Shown here piece by piece: positions 61,389 through 64,000 of a stretch of 64,000 bases of DNA. The notes under the pieces are model-generated. The model was not told the DNA's origin. It searched no databases and saw nothing but the letters and a program-made list of their open reading frames with translations. The translations under genes and the position numbers were made by a program. Source of the stretch: Chlorobiaceae bacterium (lineage in GTDB: Bacteria; Bacteroidota; Ignavibacteria; UBA10030; SZUA-254); the NCBI GenBank assembly GCA_013824245.1, contig PNNN01000050.1:65150-129149 (forward strand), given 5' to 3'. The number at the start of each line of letters is the position of its first letter. Within the stretch, counting starts at the first letter, position 1.

Positions 61389-62098
61389 TGCGAAAAATAA
61401 TCAACATACCGGTAAACTCTGTTATCCCAAAAGTGAATACAATCCTCGAACGACAAGGGATCCCGAATCACATTAACGCGAATGATCGCACAATAGAAAT
61501 TGCGGAAGAAGCGATTTCAATTTTCAGCAAACTTGCTTTTCCAATCGGTGTTATACAAGAATTATCGAAAGAAGAATTCGATAATGTTTTTCGTGGTGAA
61601 GGAAATAATGAAATCGATTCTCCGGTAAGGAACATTTTTAAAGCATCCGATGACTTGGCGCTCTTCGCTGTAACAATCGAAGAAGAAGTTTGCGTAGAAA
61701 TATCCCGTTTATTTTTTATGAACGATTTTGCTCTCGGCTCGATGCTTGACGCAGTTGCCTCGGAAGCAACAGAGATGGCGGCTCAGGCAACAGAAAACTA
61801 TTACCGATCTCACCTACAGAAAATAGGTCGTTTTAATAATGCAGGCGGTATTCTTCGCTTCAGTCCGGGATACTGCGGCTGGCACGTAAGTGGTCAGCGT
61901 AAATTGTTTCAGTATCTTCATGCTGAGGATATCGGAATCAATTTAAGGGAAAGCTTTTTGATGGAACCGTTGAAATCAATCAGCGGAGTTATTATATCAG
62001 GTAAAAAAGAAATTTTTCAATTTGAAGATACATTCTCATTTTGCGGTAGTTGTGCAACACATATTTGCCGCGAAAGAAGTAAATTGCTTCTTGATTAA
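61388..62098 (+). CDS. methionine-synthase activation-domain-like protein (Met_synt_B12 type)
   Basis: 236 aa. GTG start overlaps the mttB-family TAG by 1 nt. Motif RFSPGYCGW...KLF..L......I...ES..M.P.KSISGVI matches the MetH reactivation domain pattern. Confidence 0.68.
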   Translation: MRKIINIPVNSVIPKVNTILERQGIPNHINANDRTIEIAEEAISIFSKLAFPIGVIQELSKEEFDNVFRGEGNNEIDSPVRNIFKASDDLALFAVTIEEEVCVEISRLFFMNDFALGSMLDAVASEATEMAAQATENYYRSHLQKIGRFNNAGGILRFSPGYCGWHVSGQRKLFQYLHAEDIGINLRESFLMEPLKSISGVIISGKKEIFQFEDTFSFCGSCATHICRERSKLLLD

Positions 62099-62106
62099 TG
62101 ATTAGA

Positions 62107-62278
62107 CTCAACCCCCTTTGTCTCGGGGCTGTCTAAAAAGGTTCTCTCGATACTCTATAATGAAACTATGAACTCGAGAACCAGCATCTGTAGTCGGTTT
62201 TCGAGTGTTCTTCGACGACGAGTCGAAGAATGTAACGAGAAAACGAACTTATTGGACAACCCGGGAACGGGGGATGAG
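62107..62278 (-). ncRNA. structured intergenic element, copy 2 (inverted relative to copy 1); strand tentative
   Basis: The reverse complement of 62193-62262 matches 32493-32562 with 5 substitutions in 70 nt (aligned by eye). The P3 strands are identical. The closing helix is CTCATCCCCC/GGGGGTTGAG. Confidence 0.5.
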
Positions 62279-62319
62279 TTAATAAATGAATTTAAAACAG
62301 AAAACATATTGGAATCAGC

Positions 62320-62961
62320 ATGGATATTATACAAGAACTTTCTGAACAGCTTCAACAAGGTAACCCGAAAAAAGCCGCCGAGCTTACCCAGCAGGCAATC
62401 AATGAAAACATTGACACTAAAACAATACTCGATCAAGGATTGATTGCGGGCATGTCTGTTGTTGGAGAAAAATTCAAACAGCACGAGATTTTTCTGCCTG
62501 ACGTTCTTCTTGCGGCAAAAGCAATGTACGCAGGCATGGATTTGTTAAAGCCATTAATGCTAAAGGAAGGAATTCCGACGATTGGCAAAGTGGTTATTGG
62601 AACTGTGCAGGGAGATTTACACGATATCGGCAAAAATCTTGTCGCAATCATGCTGAAAGGCGCGGGCTTCGAGGTTATTGATTTAGGCAATGATGTTTCT
62701 CCGGAAAAATTTCTCGACACCGCAGAAAAAGAAAACGCCGATATTATCGGCATGTCAGCCCTGCTCACCACAACTATGCCGGTTATGAAGAAAGTGATTG
62801 ATCTTGCAAAAGAGCGACAGATTTTTGGAAAGAAAAAATTCATCGTTGGCGGCGCGCCGCTTTCTACAGAATACGCAAAAGAGATTGGCGCCGATGCTTA
62901 TTGCTTCGACGGCATGAGCGCAGTGGAAGCAGTAAAACGTTTCACTTCAATATCAAGTTGA
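62320..62961 (+). CDS. corrinoid (cobalamin-binding) protein
   Basis: 213 aa. B12-binding_2 helical cap plus a Rossmann domain with the DxHxxG motif GDLHDIGKNLV. Confidence 0.9.
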   Translation: MDIIQELSEQLQQGNPKKAAELTQQAINENIDTKTILDQGLIAGMSVVGEKFKQHEIFLPDVLLAAKAMYAGMDLLKPLMLKEGIPTIGKVVIGTVQGDLHDIGKNLVAIMLKGAGFEVIDLGNDVSPEKFLDTAEKENADIIGMSALLTTTMPVMKKVIDLAKERQIFGKKKFIVGGAPLSTEYAKEIGADAYCFDGMSAVEAVKRFTSISS

Positions 62962-63015
62962 AATTCACAGCAGACTTTTCTATCTTTATGGTAGAAATAG
63001 AAAGGAAATCATCCA

Positions 63016-63201
63016 ATGTCATCCGTAAAAAAGCAAATGGTCGAAATAATCGAGGCACAGCCCGACGATAGCTCTTATGAAGAAATTCTTCGCGAACTGG
63101 CATTCCGAAAAATGGTTGAAAAAGGATTAACTGATTCCGAGCTGGGACATTTGATTTCGAACGATGAAATGCAGAAGCGTATACGCTCATGGCAAAAATA
63201 A
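63016..63201 (+). CDS. putative antitoxin of a type II TA pair
   Basis: 61 aa, acidic. Overlaps the downstream ParE/RelE-like gene by 13 nt. Assignment is by position. Confidence 0.6.
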   Translation: MSSVKKQMVEIIEAQPDDSSYEEILRELAFRKMVEKGLTDSELGHLISNDEMQKRIRSWQK

Positions 63202-63482
63202 ACTGGACGGCAGAAGCTGAACATTGGCTTCACGATATTTATCTGTATATATCAAAAGATAATCCCCAAGCAGCCGCCTCAACAATACAATCCATTTTTG
63301 AAAAAGCCCAAACCCTCCAAAATTTTCCCGAAGCGGGACACCGCTATTCTCATCAATCAAGAAAAGATATTCGCATTTTATTTTTCGGGCATTATCGGAT
63401 CACTTATCTAATTAAAGAAAATGGAGAAATAGATATTCTCGGTATTTTCCACGGGGCATTAGACATAGAGCGATATTTATGA
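63189..63482 (+). CDS. RelE/ParE-family toxin
   Basis: 97 aa. The pattern W...A..DL..I..YI......AA......I......L..FP..G...........R.L..G.Y.I.Y......I.IL.I.HG is typical of ParE/RelE toxins. Confidence 0.8.
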   Translation: MAKINWTAEAEHWLHDIYLYISKDNPQAAASTIQSIFEKAQTLQNFPEAGHRYSHQSRKDIRILFFGHYRITYLIKENGEIDILGIFHGALDIERYL

Positions 63483-64000
63483 TGCAACTCCGAGAACGCT
63501 TAACACAAATCAAACCTATTATTGCCGATGGCGCTATGGGGACAATGCTTTTCCAGCGTGGCTTGAAACCGGGTGAATGTCCGGAACGGATGAATCTTGA
63601 ACATCCTGAAGTTTTAGAAGAAATTGCTCGTCTATATTTTGAAGCGGGCGCAGAAATTATTCAGACGAACACATTCGGCGGTTCTCCTTTAAAGTTAGCA
63701 ATGTATTCTCTTGAAAATAAAACTGAAGAAATAAATGCCAGAGCCGTGCAGGCAGTCCGAAAGGTTGTTGCCGACAAAGCTTACGTATCTGCCTCATGCG
63801 GACCCACAGGAAAACTTCTTGAGCCGTTTGGAGATACAAAACCGGATCAGATATTTGAATCATTCCGGCGACAGTTAAAAATTGTAATCGATGAAGGTGT
63901 TGACATGATTTGCATTGAGACAATGACCGATTTGAATGAAGCAATTCTGGCTGTAAAAGCCGCTCGATCTATTTCTACATCAATTCCAATCTGCGCTACT
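63482..64000 (+). CDS. homocysteine S-methyltransferase domain protein (MetH N-terminal module), 3'-truncated by the window
   Basis: My own translation is open from ATG 63482 (or 63479) to the window end: MQLRERLTQIKPIIADGAMGTMLFQRGL...IIQTNTFGGSPLKL...MICIETMTDL. Not in the ORF track because there is no stop in the window. Confidence 0.85.
   Translation, partial: MQLRERLTQIKPIIADGAMGTMLFQRGLKPGECPERMNLEHPEVLEEIARLYFEAGAEIIQTNTFGGSPLKLAMYSLENKTEEINARAVQAVRKVVADKAYVSASCGPTGKLLEPFGDTKPDQIFESFRRQLKIVIDEGVDMICIETMTDLNEAILAVKAARSISTSIPICAT

Noticed and set aside
1-64000. Search for tRNA, rRNA, tmRNA, RNase P, CRISPR arrays, integrases and transposases
   Set aside because: No intergenic gap contains a T-loop GGTTCGAATCC-type motif or regularly spaced repeats. 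No ORF shows integrase (R..HxxR..Y) or DDE transposase features. None reported.

Overview
AT-rich chromosomal window. My guess is an FCB-group bacterium, possibly Ignavibacteria-like. That guess rests on T9SS-type C-terminal sorting tails, Reg_prop propeller proteins, many beta-barrel proteins ending in F, and clear Shine-Dalgarno sites; it is inference only. About 85% of the window is tightly packed housekeeping and glycan-utilisation genes:
- Histidine-catabolism tail: hutI, glutamate formimidoyltransferase, cyclodeaminase.
- A long minus-strand operon: yceD-rpmF-plsX-fabH-fabD-fabG-acpP-fabF-rnc, followed by a CoA-binding protein and an Omp85-like gene.
- ribH, a Crp/Fnr regulator, an outer-membrane trio, pgi/pmi, ptsI-ptsH, a polyprenyl synthase, coaX, birA, dnaK and clpB.
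- A glycan block: GH27 alpha-galactosidase, DPP-IV, an esterase/peptidase, a GH38 mannosidase-like protein, and a transporter + sugar-1-kinase + nucleotidyltransferase set.

Accessory or unusual content:
1. A ~170-185-nt highly structured element occurs twice in opposite orientations. One copy starts 1 nt after the dnaK stop (32479-32662). The other sits inside a corrinoid methyltransferase operon (62107-62278). The two share a near-identical 70-nt core, have swapped-out loops, and show at least one compensatory base-pair change. I cannot match it to any RNA family I know. It is my top candidate for something undescribed (a structured sRNA or a structured MITE).
2. A type I R-M island (35.6-43.1 kb) carries a Bro-N/DinD-like gene. 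A free-standing GIY-YIG nuclease gene is wedged between hsdM and hsdR, flanked by hairpin repeats that present the same 11-nt loop in both orientations, plus a 2 x 44-bp tandem repeat.
3. A cluster of MttB-family methyltransferase, MetH-activation-domain protein, corrinoid protein and homocysteine S-methyltransferase is interrupted by a ParE/RelE toxin-antitoxin pair.

I found no rRNA, tRNA, CRISPR array, integrase or transposase. All protein calls rest on motifs I recognise by eye in the supplied translations; no database search was run.
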